Part shown: one piece after another, positions 30,788 to 43,200 of the stretch | Numbering within the stretch: the stretch's first letter is position 1 | Layout of the letters: each line of letters opens with the position of its first letter | Source: an uncultured delta proteobacterium | Lineage (GTDB): Bacteria; Myxococcota; UBA727; VGSZ01 | DNA length: 64,000 bases | Direction of reading: 5' to 3' | NCBI GenBank assembly: GCA_963775425.1 | Contig: CAVZJB010000016.1 | Coordinates: 288,001 to 352,000, forward strand | The notes under the pieces: model-generated | What the model saw: the letters and a program-made list of their open reading frames with translations, nothing else | Told to the model about the DNA's origin: nothing | The model's database searches: none | Position numbers and translations under genes: made by a program

Positions 30788-31882
30788 ATGAGCTCCGCAG
30801 CCGTCCCCTCGCCGCGCCCCGCTCCGATGCGCGCCCCCCTGCGTCCCGTCGTCGACGACACCGCGCCCGCCGACGTCCCTCCCGAAGCCGCGTCGCCATC
30901 GCCGTCGCCGTCGTCGCCGTCGTCGCCGCCGTCGCCATCGTCGCCGTCGTCGCCATCGTCGCCGTCGTCGCCGTCGTCGCCGCGCACGTCCTCTGCCCGC
31001 GCGAGGGCGTCGATGCGCCCCGCGACGAAGCCGCCCGTGCCGGCGGCGGCGCGCGCGCCGACCCGTGGGTTATCCAGGGCGCCGCCGACGACGACGCAGG
31101 CGCCGCCGAAGCTCGACCACATCCCGCGCGCGTGGGTCACCGAAGCGATGGCCGCCACCGGGGTGAAGGAGCAAGACCCGCCGTTCCCCGGCAGCCACCT
31201 GTACACGCCCGGCGACGGCAAGCCGCACCCGGCGATCCTGCTGCTGCACGGCAGCGAGGGCGGCGACGCGGGCTTCAACGACCTCGCCGCCGTGTACCTC
31301 GCCAGGGCGGGCTTCACGGTGCTGTCGTTCGACTACGCGGGCAAGAGCAAGGGCATCCCGCACCAGCTCGCCAACGTGAAGCTCGACCGCACGCTTGCCG
31401 CGGCGCGCTGGTTGAAGGCCAACGCCAACGTCGCCGGCAAGAAGCTTGGGCTGTACGGGTGGTCCCGCGGCGCCGAGCAAGCGCTCATCCTCGCCAGCCT
31501 CCAGAAGGACACCAAGCTGCTCTCCGCCGTCGCCGCGCACGCGCCCCACGCCACCGTCGTCGGCTCCTGCGTCCTCGGAAAGAGCGAGCCCGTCTACGAC
31601 GCGCACGGCAGGGAGCAGCCGGGCTGGCTTCTGCACGGAAAGCCCAAGGCGCCCGGGCCCATCGAGGTCGAGAAGTTCAAGGGCCCCATCTACCTTTCGC
31701 ACGGCACCGCCGACGAGACCTGGGACGTCGACAACACCAAGCGCCTCGAGGCGCGCTTGAAAAAGGCCGGCAAGCACCCCGAGGTCCACACCTACCCGGG
31801 CGAGGGACACGTGCTCCAGAAGTCCGGCGACGAAAACGAGGCGCGCGTCATCGCCTTCTTCCGGCGAACCCTCGGCACCTGA
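30788..31882 (+). CDS. alpha/beta hydrolase (BAAT/dienelactone hydrolase-like) with Ser/Pro-rich N-terminus
   Basis: LLHGSEGG, GWSRG nucleophile elbow, HGTADE, YPGEGH; SPS repeat at ~30890-30982. Confidence 0.85.
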   Translation: MSSAAVPSPRPAPMRAPLRPVVDDTAPADVPPEAASPSPSPSSPSSPPSPSSPSSPSSPSSPSSPRTSSARARASMRPATKPPVPAAARAPTRGLSRAPPTTTQAPPKLDHIPRAWVTEAMAATGVKEQDPPFPGSHLYTPGDGKPHPAILLLHGSEGGDAGFNDLAAVYLARAGFTVLSFDYAGKSKGIPHQLANVKLDRTLAAARWLKANANVAGKKLGLYGWSRGAEQALILASLQKDTKLLSAVAAHAPHATVVGSCVLGKSEPVYDAHGREQPGWLLHGKPKAPGPIEVEKFKGPIYLSHGTADETWDVDNTKRLEARLKKAGKHPEVHTYPGEGHVLQKSGDENEARVIAFFRRTLGT

Positions 31883-31955
31883 GCGGGGCACCGACGCGAC
31901 GAGCGCGACCGACGCGGCGGGTGCGACGACAGCGCGAACGCCGCCGCCGCGCGGC

Positions 31956-32840
31956 TCATCGCTCGAGGTCCTCGAGAACGTCGCGCTGGCGCTGGTGGAT
32001 CTCGGGAAACAAGCGACGCGCGATGTCGCCGAGCAGGCGCGGCGGCGGGCGGCCGAGCTCCTCGAGGGCGCCGGCGGCACGATCGCGAAACGGCGCGGCT
32101 TGCTCGGCGGACGCCAACCGCGCCACCGCCGGCGGCAGGCCGCGCGGCACCTCGGCGGCGGCGTCGACGACGAGGCCGTAGATCTCCGGCGGCGGCGCGC
32201 CGAACACCTCGCGCAGCATGCCGGGCCCCGTGAGCACCATGCCGTCGAAGATCTCCGTCCCCGTAAGGCGCGGCGTCTCCGCGCGCACGCACGCGAGCGC
32301 CCGCGGCAGCAACGTGAGCGCGCCGTCCCAGCCGACGATGGTGTCCGCGGGCCGCAGCGGGTGCAGCGCCTCGATGAGCTCCGCGGTGCGCACGCACACG
32401 TCGAGCGCGACCTCCGCGGGCAGGAGCGCGCCCTCGGCGACGGTGGCGTCGACGATGGCGCGCAGGCGGACACCGGGGACGTCGGTGAGCACCGCGTACG
32501 ACACGCCCGGGTCGTCGTCCTCGACGTCGACGGAGGCAGGAAACGCGGCGCCGTTCAGCACCACGCGCGCGACGCCCGGCCAGCCGCAGCCCATCCAGCC
32601 GCGGGCGTCGTCGGCGATGGCGCGCTGCAGGGCGGCGACGTCGTCACCCTCGCGGAGGTCCGGGCGCGCGCAGAGGAGCATCACGACGCGGCCGCGGTCG
32701 ACGCCGCGGTACACCTCCACCCAGGAGCTCTCGAACGGGCTCGCGCGGCGCCGGCCGCGGAAGCGCGTGAGCCTCTCGAAGACGCGGACGCCGTGGATGA
32801 CGTCGTCGATGAGCTCGGGGGCGGCGAGGGCGTCGGTCAC
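31956..32840 (-). CDS. Ser/Thr protein-kinase-like protein, probably a pseudokinase
   Basis: EVYRG..VML, GVARV, VPGVRL, HPLRPADTIVGWDGALTL echo kinase subdomains, but HRD and DFG are absent. Confidence 0.55.
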   Translation of the reverse strand: MTDALAAPELIDDVIHGVRVFERLTRFRGRRRASPFESSWVEVYRGVDRGRVVMLLCARPDLREGDDVAALQRAIADDARGWMGCGWPGVARVVLNGAAFPASVDVEDDDPGVSYAVLTDVPGVRLRAIVDATVAEGALLPAEVALDVCVRTAELIEALHPLRPADTIVGWDGALTLLPRALACVRAETPRLTGTEIFDGMVLTGPGMLREVFGAPPPEIYGLVVDAAAEVPRGLPPAVARLASAEQAAPFRDRAAGALEELGRPPPRLLGDIARRLFPEIHQRQRDVLEDLER

Positions 32841-32853
32841 GCGAGCCCCGCGG

Positions 32854-33636
32854 TCACGTGCCGGTGAAGGCGGCCTTGCGCTTTTCCAGGAACGCCTTGA
32901 TGCCCTCGTCGTGATCCGCCGTGCCGAACACGGCGCCGAACGCGCGCTGCTCGCGGGTGGCCGCGTGCACGAAGCGGTCGGCGTCGTCCTCGCGTAGGAG
33001 CTTCTTCACCATGGCGATGGCCCGCGGGCCCTTCTCGGCGATGGTGGAGGCGAGCTTCTTCACCTCGCCGGCGAGGTCGGCGGCGGGGACCACGCGGTTC
33101 ACGAGGCCGACGCGCAGCGCCTCGTCGGCCTTGAGCGTGGCCGCCGAGAAGATCATCTCCGACGCCATGGCGCGCCCCACCCGCCGCGGGAGGCGCACGG
33201 TGCCGGCGAAGCCCGGGAGCAGCCCGAGGTTGGTCTCCACGAGGCCGAGCCTGGCGGTGTCCGCCGCCCAGATGAAGTCGCAGGCGAGCGCGAGCTCGAG
33301 GCCGCCGCCGAGGGCGAAGCCGTTCACCGCCGCGATGACAGGGGCCTCGAGCGACTCGAGCGCGCGAAACACCTCGTGGCCGCGCCGGCTGAACGCCTCG
33401 GCCTTCTCCGGGGACAGGCTCTTCATCTCGGCGATGTCGGCGCCGGCGACGAAGGCCTTGTCCCCTGCCCCGGTGACGATCACCGCGCGCAGCCCGGCGC
33501 GGTTGAAGCTGTCCTCGACGGCGCGCGCGAGGTCGTCGAGGGTGGCGCGGTCGAGCGCGTTCAGGGCCTTCGGCCGGTTGACGGTGATCGTGCGGACGGG
33601 GCCGTCGTCGTCGACGAGCAGGGTCTCGTAGCTCAT
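32854..33636 (-). CDS. enoyl-CoA hydratase (crotonase)
   Basis: NRPKALNAL, AFVAGADI, VNGFALGGGLELALACD. Confidence 0.95.
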   Translation of the reverse strand: MSYETLLVDDDGPVRTITVNRPKALNALDRATLDDLARAVEDSFNRAGLRAVIVTGAGDKAFVAGADIAEMKSLSPEKAEAFSRRGHEVFRALESLEAPVIAAVNGFALGGGLELALACDFIWAADTARLGLVETNLGLLPGFAGTVRLPRRVGRAMASEMIFSAATLKADEALRVGLVNRVVPAADLAGEVKKLASTIAEKGPRAIAMVKKLLREDDADRFVHAATREQRAFGAVFGTADHDEGIKAFLEKRKAAFTGT

Positions 33637-34019
33637 TTCACCTTCTCTCGGTTGAAGTGCGGGTTCTCGATGACGCCGAAGGCGTTGCCGAAGGGATCGA
33701 TGACGGTGGCGGTGACGATGCCGCCGCCGACGTCGTGCGGGGCCTCTTCGGCCTTGGCGCCGAGCTCCTCGAGGCGCGCCGTGGCCGCCTTGGCGTCGCC
33801 CACGCCCCAATACGCCGTGACGCCGCCGCGCCCGGGGGAGCTGGCGTCCGGGACGAGGCCGAGCTCGAAGCCGCCGACCTCGAAGCCGACGTAGAACGCC
33901 TCGTCGAAGTACGGCTGCTTGTCGAGGACCTGGGCGTACCAGGCCTTCGCCTTGTGGAGGTCGGGCGCGTGGTAGATCACGGTGCGCAACCCGCGCACCG
34001 ACGTCGCTGCATTCGTCAC
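33633..34019 (-). CDS. VOC/glyoxalase family protein
   Basis: GLRTVIY..DL.KAKAWY, DVGGGI..DPFGN.FGVIENPHF. Confidence 0.88.
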   Translation of the reverse strand: MTNAATSVRGLRTVIYHAPDLHKAKAWYAQVLDKQPYFDEAFYVGFEVGGFELGLVPDASSPGRGGVTAYWGVGDAKAATARLEELGAKAEEAPHDVGGGIVTATVIDPFGNAFGVIENPHFNREKVK

Positions 34020-34054
34020 GGCTCTCTCCGGTCCGGAGACGTCGGGGCTCGACG

Positions 34055-34317
34055 TCAAGGCTTGATGTTGCACCCGTTGGCGGCGCCGCAGGTGTCGAGG
34101 TCGTCGAGCACCGCGCCGTCGGGGTTCGGTTGGCCCTGCTCCTTGTCGAAGGCGGCCTGCAGGTCATCGCACCCGGCGAACGACTGCTTCTCGCCGACGA
34201 CGGTGCAGTCGAAGCCGCACCCCGCCGACGCGCCCATGACGACGACGGCAGCCACCGCCACGCCCAGGCGGACCCACGAAGACGGCGAAAGAATCCTCTC
34301 GAACAATCGAACCCGGC

Positions 34318-34321
<4 letters not shown>
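34055..34321 (-). CDS. small lipoprotein
   Basis: ATGA overlap with the hbd stop; ASAGC lipobox; four additional Cys. Confidence 0.6.
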
Positions 34322-35178
<857 letters not shown>

Positions 35179-35265
35179 GGCGCGGTGATGCGCGCGGGGC
35201 CGGCGCGCGTCAACCGGGACGAGGGCGCTTCGCCGGCGGCGGACGAGCGCCGCGCCACGTCGCGC

Positions 35266-36021
35266 TCATTGGACGGCGTCCCCGCCCACGCAGGTGCGTG
35301 CCACGTCGAGCTTGGGGGGGTTCGGCACAGGCGCCGTGGGCCCGTTCATGGCGATGTCCAGTTGGAGGGAGTCGCCCGAGGTGATGCCGCTGATGGTGAG
35401 CGCGACGGGATCGTCGAAGGAACCGAGCGACTGCACCTCGACGAGCCCTTCGAGGTAGCGGCTGGCGGCCGTGGTCTCGTCGTCGTTTTCGAGGTCGGCG
35501 GAGCCGTTGCCGTCGACGTCGGAGGCGACCAGGACGAGCGCCTGGACGTCGCCGGGGATCTCGATGGGGTCGCCGTGGGTGACCTTGTCGGTGAGGAGCT
35601 CGAAGACGCCGAACGGGTTGCCGTCGGCGTCGACGCAGCCGGCGCCGCCGAGGTCGTCGAACGTGGTGGCGCCCGGGAGCGCGAGCCACACGTTCACGTG
35701 GTGGTCGCCGACGCAGGCGCCGGCCGTGAGCCTCAGCTCGCACGACCACCACTCGCCGCGCGCGCTCCTGGACGCGTAGTCGACGTCGACGTCCTGCAGG
35801 TTCGTGCCCTCGACGCCGTCACGCTCCATCTTGCCCTTGAGCGAGAGCTGCTCGGACGGCGGCACGTTGGGACAGCCAGCCGTCGAGCCCGCCCCGACGA
35901 CAACGGCGACGAGCACGACCAGCGCGACCAGCGGCGGCTTGCCTGCCGCGGGGGGCGAGCCCCCGCGCCCCGGGGAAGCGGTCGAGGCTTCAGCGGCGGG
36001 CAATGACCGCCACCGCTTCAC
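35266..36021 (-). CDS. hypothetical lipoprotein (start uncertain)
   Basis: Hydrophobic stretch plus TAGC lipobox; acidic beta-rich body. Confidence 0.6.
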   Translation of the reverse strand: MKRWRSLPAAEASTASPGRGGSPPAAGKPPLVALVVLVAVVVGAGSTAGCPNVPPSEQLSLKGKMERDGVEGTNLQDVDVDYASRSARGEWWSCELRLTAGACVGDHHVNVWLALPGATTFDDLGGAGCVDADGNPFGVFELLTDKVTHGDPIEIPGDVQALVLVASDVDGNGSADLENDDETTAASRYLEGLVEVQSLGSFDDPVALTISGITSGDSLQLDIAMNGPTAPVPNPPKLDVARTCVGGDAVQ

Positions 36022-37162
36022 CGCCGCCGATGCACAAGGAGGCGCAGCCGACGTGCTTGTCGAGGTGCTTCATCTGCGACAGCAGCGTGGTGAAGATGCG
36101 CGCGCCCGAGGCGCCGATGGGGTGGCCGAGGGCGACGGCGCCGCCCCAGATGTTCACCTTGTCGTGCGCGAGGCCGAGCTGCTTCATGGTCACCATGGTG
36201 ACCACGGCGAACGCCTCGTTGATCTCGTAGAGGTCGACGTCGCCGGCCTTGAGCCCCGCCTTCTTGAGCGCCTTGTCGATGGCGCCGGCGGGCGCCGTGG
36301 TGAACTGCGACGGGTCCTTGGCGTTGGTGCCGTCGGCGACGAGGGTGCACAGCGGGGTGAGCCCGCGCTTTTTGGCCTCGTCCTCGCTCATCAGCACGAG
36401 CGCGCACGCGCCGTCGTTGATCTTGGAGGCGTTGGCCGCCGTCACCGTGCCGTCCTTGCCGAAGGCCGGCTTGAGCGCGCCCATCTTCTCGGGCTTGTAG
36501 CGGCCGGGCTCCTCGTCGTCGGCGACGGTGCTCACCGCCTTGCCCGCAGGCACCTCGACGGCGACGATCTCGCCCTTGAACAGCCCCTGCTCCTGCGCCG
36601 CGAGGGCGCGCTCGTAGGAGGTCCTCGAGAACGCGTCCTGCGCCTCCCGCGAGAAGTCGTTCTCGCGCGCGCACAGGTCGCCGAAGTTGCCCATGTGCGA
36701 GTTGCCGTACGGGTCCCACAGGCCGTCGTGGATCATGGAGTCGACGACGGTCTGGTTGCCCATGCGCATCCCGTTTCGAGCCGTCGGGAGCAGGTACGGG
36801 GCGTTCGACATGGACTCCTGGCCGCCGCACACGACGATCTCTGCGTCGCCGAGGGCGATGGCCTGGCGCGCGAGCATCACCGACTTGAGCCCGCTGCCGC
36901 ACACCTTGTTGATGGTGGTGCACGGCACGCTCGTCGGCAGGCCCGCGCCGAGGGCCGCCTGCCGCGCCGGCGCCTGGCCGACGCCGCCGGTGAGGACCTC
37001 TCCGAAGATGACCTCGCTGACGTCAGCGCCGGCCACCTTGACGCGCTCGAGCGCGGCCTTGATGGCGACGGCGCCGAGCTTGGGCGCCGGCAGGGGGGCG
37101 AGGGCGCCCTGGAACGAGCCGATGGGGGTGCGGACCGCGCTGACGACGACGACCTGACGCAT
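35990..37162 (-). CDS. acetyl-CoA C-acetyltransferase (thiolase)
   Basis: NKVCGSG, NEAF, GHPIGASG, CIGGG; AGGAGG RBS. Confidence 0.97.
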   Translation of the reverse strand: MRQVVVVSAVRTPIGSFQGALAPLPAPKLGAVAIKAALERVKVAGADVSEVIFGEVLTGGVGQAPARQAALGAGLPTSVPCTTINKVCGSGLKSVMLARQAIALGDAEIVVCGGQESMSNAPYLLPTARNGMRMGNQTVVDSMIHDGLWDPYGNSHMGNFGDLCARENDFSREAQDAFSRTSYERALAAQEQGLFKGEIVAVEVPAGKAVSTVADDEEPGRYKPEKMGALKPAFGKDGTVTAANASKINDGACALVLMSEDEAKKRGLTPLCTLVADGTNAKDPSQFTTAPAGAIDKALKKAGLKAGDVDLYEINEAFAVVTMVTMKQLGLAHDKVNIWGGAVALGHPIGASGARIFTTLLSQMKHLDKHVGCASLCIGGGEAVAVIARR

Positions 37163-37233
37163 GGAGGCCTCCTGCGATGGCGGTAACACCCGGGCTCCCC
37201 CGGGGCAACGTCCGCGGGAGCGCGCGCCGGGGG

Positions 37234-40200
37234 CTAGCTCGACAGGCCGTGCTGGCGGCGCAGGAGCCAGGCGTTGTCGCGCGCCGCGAACGCCGCCAGC
37301 TCGAGGCCGCGCGAGCTGCCCTGCAGGATGGAGGCGGCGCGCTGCGGCGGCTCGCGCATCAGGGAGGGCAGCGCGCCCGCGTGCAGCGTGGCGACGACGG
37401 AGCCGCTCACCACCAGGGCGAAGCGATCCGCCGCGCGCTGCAGGATGCTCATGGTGCCCGCGATGTCGGCGCTGTTGGCGACGGCCTGGTGGGCGAGGCC
37501 GCGGGCGACGCGCAGCTCGTCCTCGCGCAGGCGCGAGAGCATGCGTTGGCCGTGGGCGTCGGGGGCGTTGCCGAAGGCGTTCCTGATGATGTTCACGAGC
37601 GCGACGTCGTCGCCGGGCTTCAGGATCTCGGGCAGCACGGCGCCGAGACGGACGATGCCGTAGGCGCGCGCCACGCCCGCGAGGAGGGCGGTGTCGCCGA
37701 GGCTCAGGAGGTCGAGCGGCAGCACCACCGCCGGCGCCGCTCCCGGGACCACCGTGAGCCGATCGACGTTGCCGACGAGGACGCGGAAGGGCCTCCCGGC
37801 CAGGATGCGCTCGAGGCGGTCGAGCGCCAGCGCCCCGCGCGGGCTCTTTTCGTGGAGCGGGACGGCGTCGGCGGGGGGCGCGGCGTCGCCGAAGACCGTC
37901 TCCGCGGCGGCGCCGAGCACCGCGAGGAGCTGCTGCATCGGCCCGTTCCAGCCCGTGGGCGCCATGCGCGCCTGGATGGACTCGGCGTCGAGGGGCGAGA
38001 GCTGGGGTCGCTCGTCGAGGAGGTTCTTGTTGATCTCCTGCGGCACACCCTTGCCCCGCAGGATGCTCTCCACCGCGCGCATCGCGCGCGCGCGCTCGCC
38101 CTGCTGCTGGCTCTCGGCGAGGTCGGCGGCGAGGGCGAACACGCGCGCGTCCGACGGCGTGCGCCGAAGGAGCTGGAGGATCCCCGTGACGGCGTGCGAC
38201 GCGAGCCGCGGGATCTGCGCGTACATGCGGGTGAGGTCGAGGCGGACCTCGACGTCCTCTGCGTCGGCCTGGTGCGCCTGGTACAGCAGACCCGCGGCGC
38301 GGTCGAGGTCGACGAGGCGCTCCTTGGCGACCTGCGCCGCCGCGCGCGCCAACTGCTTGATCTCGACGGGGTCGGTGGCGCTCTTCAAGCGGTTGTCGAC
38401 GAGGTCGACGAGCCGCTGCGGCTGGTTGCCCTTCTCCGCCGCCTCCACGCCGAGCTGCAGCAGCTCGAGGTCCGCGGCCCCCTGCGCCACGGCCTGCTCC
38501 ACGAGGTCGAGCGCGGTCTTGGGGTCGTTCTCGGAGAGGTTGGCGCGGACCTGCAGGTGCAGCGCGTTGAAGCCGTGCTTGGCCGCGCGGTCCGAGTCCG
38601 ACGTCATCGTCTGCGTGCTGGTGATCTCGGGCGGGTCGGACGCGGTGGCCGCGACGCCGGGCGGCGGCGGCGGCGGCTTGAGCCCCACCTTCTTCATCAC
38701 GGCGCGGTCGCCGCTTTGCTGCGCCCACGCCTCCGCCTGCTCGCGGAAGCGCTGCTCGCCCGTCTCGCGGCGCAGCTCGATGAGCACCTCGACGGCGTCG
38801 GCGACGCGGCCGCCGTTGTGCAGGCTCTGCGCGCGGCTCTCGAGCGCCTTCATGCGGGCGGCGCCGACACGCGTCGACGCCAGGCGGCGCCAGACCTCGG
38901 CGGCCTCGAGGTGCTTGCCGCTCTCGTCGCGGGCGACGGCGACCACCTCGAGGACCTGGACGTTGGCCGGGTCGAGCTCGAAGGCGCGCTCGGCGGCGAC
39001 GACGGCCTCGTTCCAGCGCGACAGGCGCCCGCGCAGGTTGGCGAGCTCGACGTACGCCTGCGCGGCGCGCACGGGGTCCTCGCGCGCGGGGATGGCCGAC
39101 GTGAGCGCCTCGAGCGCGAGCTCGGCGGCGTCGTCGTCCTTCTTCTGGAGCGCGAGCTTGACCAGCATCTCCAGGGCGTCCTGGTGCTTGGCGTCGAGGC
39201 GCAGCACGGCCCGCAAGCGCTCCTGGGCGTCGTCGCGGCCGAGGGCGTAGGCGCAGCGGGCGCGGCGGTAGACGAGGTCGACGGGATCGCGCGGCCACTG
39301 CGCCGGTTGGATGCGGTCGAGGATCTCGAGGGCGCGCTCGTCGTCGCGGGCGGCCCAGGCGATGTCCGCGAGGCGGAGGAGCGCGGTGTTCTCGTCGGGG
39401 TCGACCGAGAGCGCCTCCTCGAAGGTCTCGCGCGCGAGCTGCTCGTTGCCGAGCTCGTCGAGGACGAAGGTCCCGAGCTCGCCCAGGCGGCGCGCGCGCT
39501 CGCTGCCGAAGTGCTCGCGGTCGAGGCTGCGCGCCCACGCCGACAGCAACGGCAACAGCGGCTGGAGCTTCCGCTTGCGCGTGTAGACGTCGCGCACCAC
39601 GCGCAGGGAGTCCGTGTCGCCGGGCTCGAGGGCGAGGAGCTGCTCGAGGCAGGCGACCTGTCCGTCGTCGTCGCCGCCCTTCTGCCGCGCACGCGCCTCC
39701 TTCTTCAGGAGCGTCGCCTGGCGCTTCTTGTCGTCGCTGGCGAGCCGCGCCTCCTCGAGGGTGAGCGCGAAGTGCGGCGTGCCGTCGGCGAGGTCGATCA
39801 GGCGATCCCACGCCTTGGCCGAGGTCTCCGGATCGCGGCTCGCCTTGATGAACGCCTCGCGGGCGCCGTCGCGGTCGCCGCTGATGAGGAGGCCGTCGCC
39901 GCGCACGAGCTGCAGGATGCCCGGCAGCTCCCGCGCGCCGCCCTGCTCCGCGCGCTCGATGAGCGCAGGCACGCCGTCGACGTGGCCGCCGCGCACAAGG
40001 AGGCGCGCCTTGAGCACGAGGGTGTCGGCGTCGTCGGGGTCGATCTCGAGCGCGCGATCGACCGTGGCCTCGGCCGCCTTGAGGTCCTGGAAGCGGTCGG
40101 CGTCGAGCACGGCGATCTCCCGCATGCGCGCCTTCTGGAAGTCCTTCTTGCCGGCGAAGTCGGCGGCGCGGAACAGCGCGGCCCGGAGCGGGCCCCAGGT

Positions 40201-43200
40201 GCCCTCGCGCTCCGCATCGACGCGCATGGCGTCGAGCGCGCCCTCGTGGTCCGGGACGAGCTCGAGGACCCGGTGGATGGCCTTGCGCGCGCCGACGTCG
40301 TCCTCGAGCTTTTCGCGGCGGAGGTCGGCGCGCTCCATCCACATGGTGGCCTGCGCGAACGGGTCCGGCTCGAGGTCGATCTCGCGGCCGAGGAGCTGAT
40401 CGACGTCGGCGAAGCGGCCGTGGGCGCGGTGCCAGGCGGCGGCGACGGCGAGCACGCGGTGGTCGATGACGCCGTCGGCGATGGCGGTCTCGGCGAGCGG
40501 CCCGGCGCGCTCGAGGTCGCCGAGGGACGCGAGCAGGCACGCGGCCTCGCGCGCCGCCGGCCCCACCGCCATCGGCGGCAGCCCCGGGATCTTGGCGGCG
40601 CTCTCGTAGGCCAGGGCGGCGTCGAGGACGCGGCGGCCTTCGAGGTACCACTCGGCGAGCGCGAGGCGCGCGCCGACGTCGTGCGCGTCGGCGACGGCTT
40701 GCGCTTCGAGGAGCGCGATGGCGCTGTGCCGATCGGCGAGGCTCTCGGCGAGGAGGCGGGCGCGCTCGAGGGTGAGCACGCGGCGCCGCTGCGGCTCCTC
40801 GACGACGCCGAGCAGCAGCTCGAGCACTTTGGCGAGCGAGCCGGGCCCGCAGCGCTCGCGGGCGAGCGGCTCGGCGACGCCGAGCGCCTCCGCGTCGCCC
40901 TCGGCGGCGGCGGTGCACAGCGTGGCGACCGCCTCCTCGGCGTCCCCGGCGCCGAGCCAGGCGTCGGCGCCCGAGCGGCGGAGCGGCCCGCGCGCAGCCG
41001 GCTCGCGCTCGCGCGCGGCGTCGTCGAAGGCGCGCGCCGCCGACGCGAACAGCTCGCGCACGTCGCCGTCGTCGCCGCGGTCGTCGTCACCGGCGGCGCG
41101 CTCGGCGGCCCGCCCGGCGGCGGCCGCGGCGAGGGCGGCGAGGACGCGGGCGCGCTCCTCGAGCAGCGCCGCGTCGCCGGGGAGGACGGCGAGGGACTCG
41201 TCGACGGCGACGAGGGCCGCGTCGTTGTCCTTCAGGGACTCGACGAGGAGGCGCACGCGGCGCGCGACGGACTCGCTCTTCTCCGCGGGCTTCTCGGTGG
41301 TGGCGGCGACGGCGCCGAGGGCGTCGGCGACGTCCCGGTCGTCGCCGGCCATCTCTGCGAGCTGGAGCCACAGGCGCGCCGAGTCGACGTCGTCGGGGAC
41401 GATGGCGAACGCGCCGCGCGCGTCCTTCGACGCCGCCTGCAGCATCTCCTTTTGGCCGGCGCGCACGAGGGCGCGCTCGCGCAGGAGCCCCGCGCGCTCG
41501 ACGGCGTCGGGCGCGGCGCCGGCCATGCGGCCCAGGCTCTCGACGACGAGGTCGACGCGGCCGCCCTTCTCGGCGAGCTCCTGGATGTCGCGCTCGCGGG
41601 CCGCGTCGTAGCCGGCGAGCGCGGCGACGAGGCGCAGCAGGCCCGCGGCCTCGGCGAAGCGGTGCGCGTCGGCGTGGGCGCGGGCGCGGGCCTCGAGGTC
41701 GGCCGCGCCGGGCTCCTCGCGCACGGTCGCGAACATGCGGGGATCGAGCAAGCGCGCGAGGGCCCCGCGCGCGCCGCCGGCGCCACCGGGCGCGCTGCTC
41801 ACGGCGAGGAGCGCGGCGGCGGTGGCGCGCTGCGCGGCGGAGGGGCGGCGGCCGAGCGCCCGCAGCACGGCGCGGGCGTCGACGGCGCCTCCGGAGCCGG
41901 ACGCGGGGGACGCGTCGGCGCCGCTCAAGGCGCCGGCGAGGTCGGCGGCGGCGCCCCCTGTGGAAGCGCCCCCTGTGGAAGCGGCCCCCGTCGAAGCGGA
42001 GTCGAGGCCGTCGATCAGGCCCGGGAGGCCGCGGCGGGCGCCGTGGACCTCCTGGCGGAGCGCGGCCCCGGCGTAGCCCTTGTCGTCGAGCTCGTCGAAC
42101 GCGGCGACCAGCGCGCGGCGGCGGCCGGGATCGCCGAGCACCTCGTCGCTGACCGCGGCGGCGGCGATGGCGGCGATGCGCGCCGACGGCGTCGCCAGCT
42201 CCGGGTCCGCGGCGAGGCGCACCTCGATGGGCGCCTCCGACATCGGCACGCCCGCGCGGGCGAGCATGCGCGCGGCGGCGACGTCGTCCTTGTCGATGGC
42301 GGCGCGCGCGGCGAGGGCGCGCCACGCGACCTTGCGCTCGTCGGCGCTGCCGCGGCGGGCGCGCGCGAGCAGCGCGGGCGCGTCGAGCCCGAGCTCCTTT
42401 GGCTCCGCCGCCCGCCCCGCCTTGGCCTCCACCCAGGCCCGCGCCACATGCGGTGGCAGCATGCCGTCGCGCAGCCGGTGCGCGCGCGCGGCGTCGTCGA
42501 CGAGGTCGGCCGGCCAGGCGCCGCGGCCACGCAGCGCCAGCGCCACGGCGAAGTGCTGCTGCGCGCCGCCCGGGTGCATCGCGGCGAGCTGCCACGCGCG
42601 GTGGTCGGTGGGATCGGCGCGCAGGCGCCAACCCGCCACCGCGCGCGCGACGTCGGGCGCCGCCTGCGTCGCGAGGCCGAGCGCCGCCTCGACGTCGCCC
42701 TCGTCGGCCGTCACGAGCGCGGTGCGCACGAGCAGCGGAGCGCCGTCGCCGCCCGCCTGCGTGGCGACGTCGCGCGCGAGCGAGACGAGCTCGTCGTCCG
42801 CCTCCGCGAGCGGCGCCGCCAACAGCGCCTCCACCGCGCCGGGCACGTCGCCGGCGTCGAGGAAGAGCTGCGCCGCGCGCGTCGCCCGCCGGCCGCGCGA
42901 CCCCTCGTCGACGACGCCGCGCAGGAGCACGCGCGCGGCGTCGGCCGGGCGCCCGAGCACCGCCAGCGCGCTCGCGAGCTCCGAGCGGAGCGGCCAGGCG
43001 AGCGGCTCCGGCGGCGACGCGGCGTCCACAGGGGGCGTGGAGCCGCCGGCGTCATCGAGGGCGCCGAGGGCGTCGACGACGAGCGCGGCGTCGCCGCTCA
43101 TGACGAGGACGCCGACGGCCTCGGCGAGCCCCCGCGGGCCGGCCTCGACGAGCTTTTGGAACAGCCCGCGGCGCAACAGGAGCGGCCGCAACCAGAGCGC

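Noticed and set aside
35990-40918. 1642-aa ORF appearing to fuse a long N-terminus to thiolase
   Set aside because: Thiolase has its own AGGAGG RBS and ATG at 37162; the extension is an off-frame overlap of the giant gene
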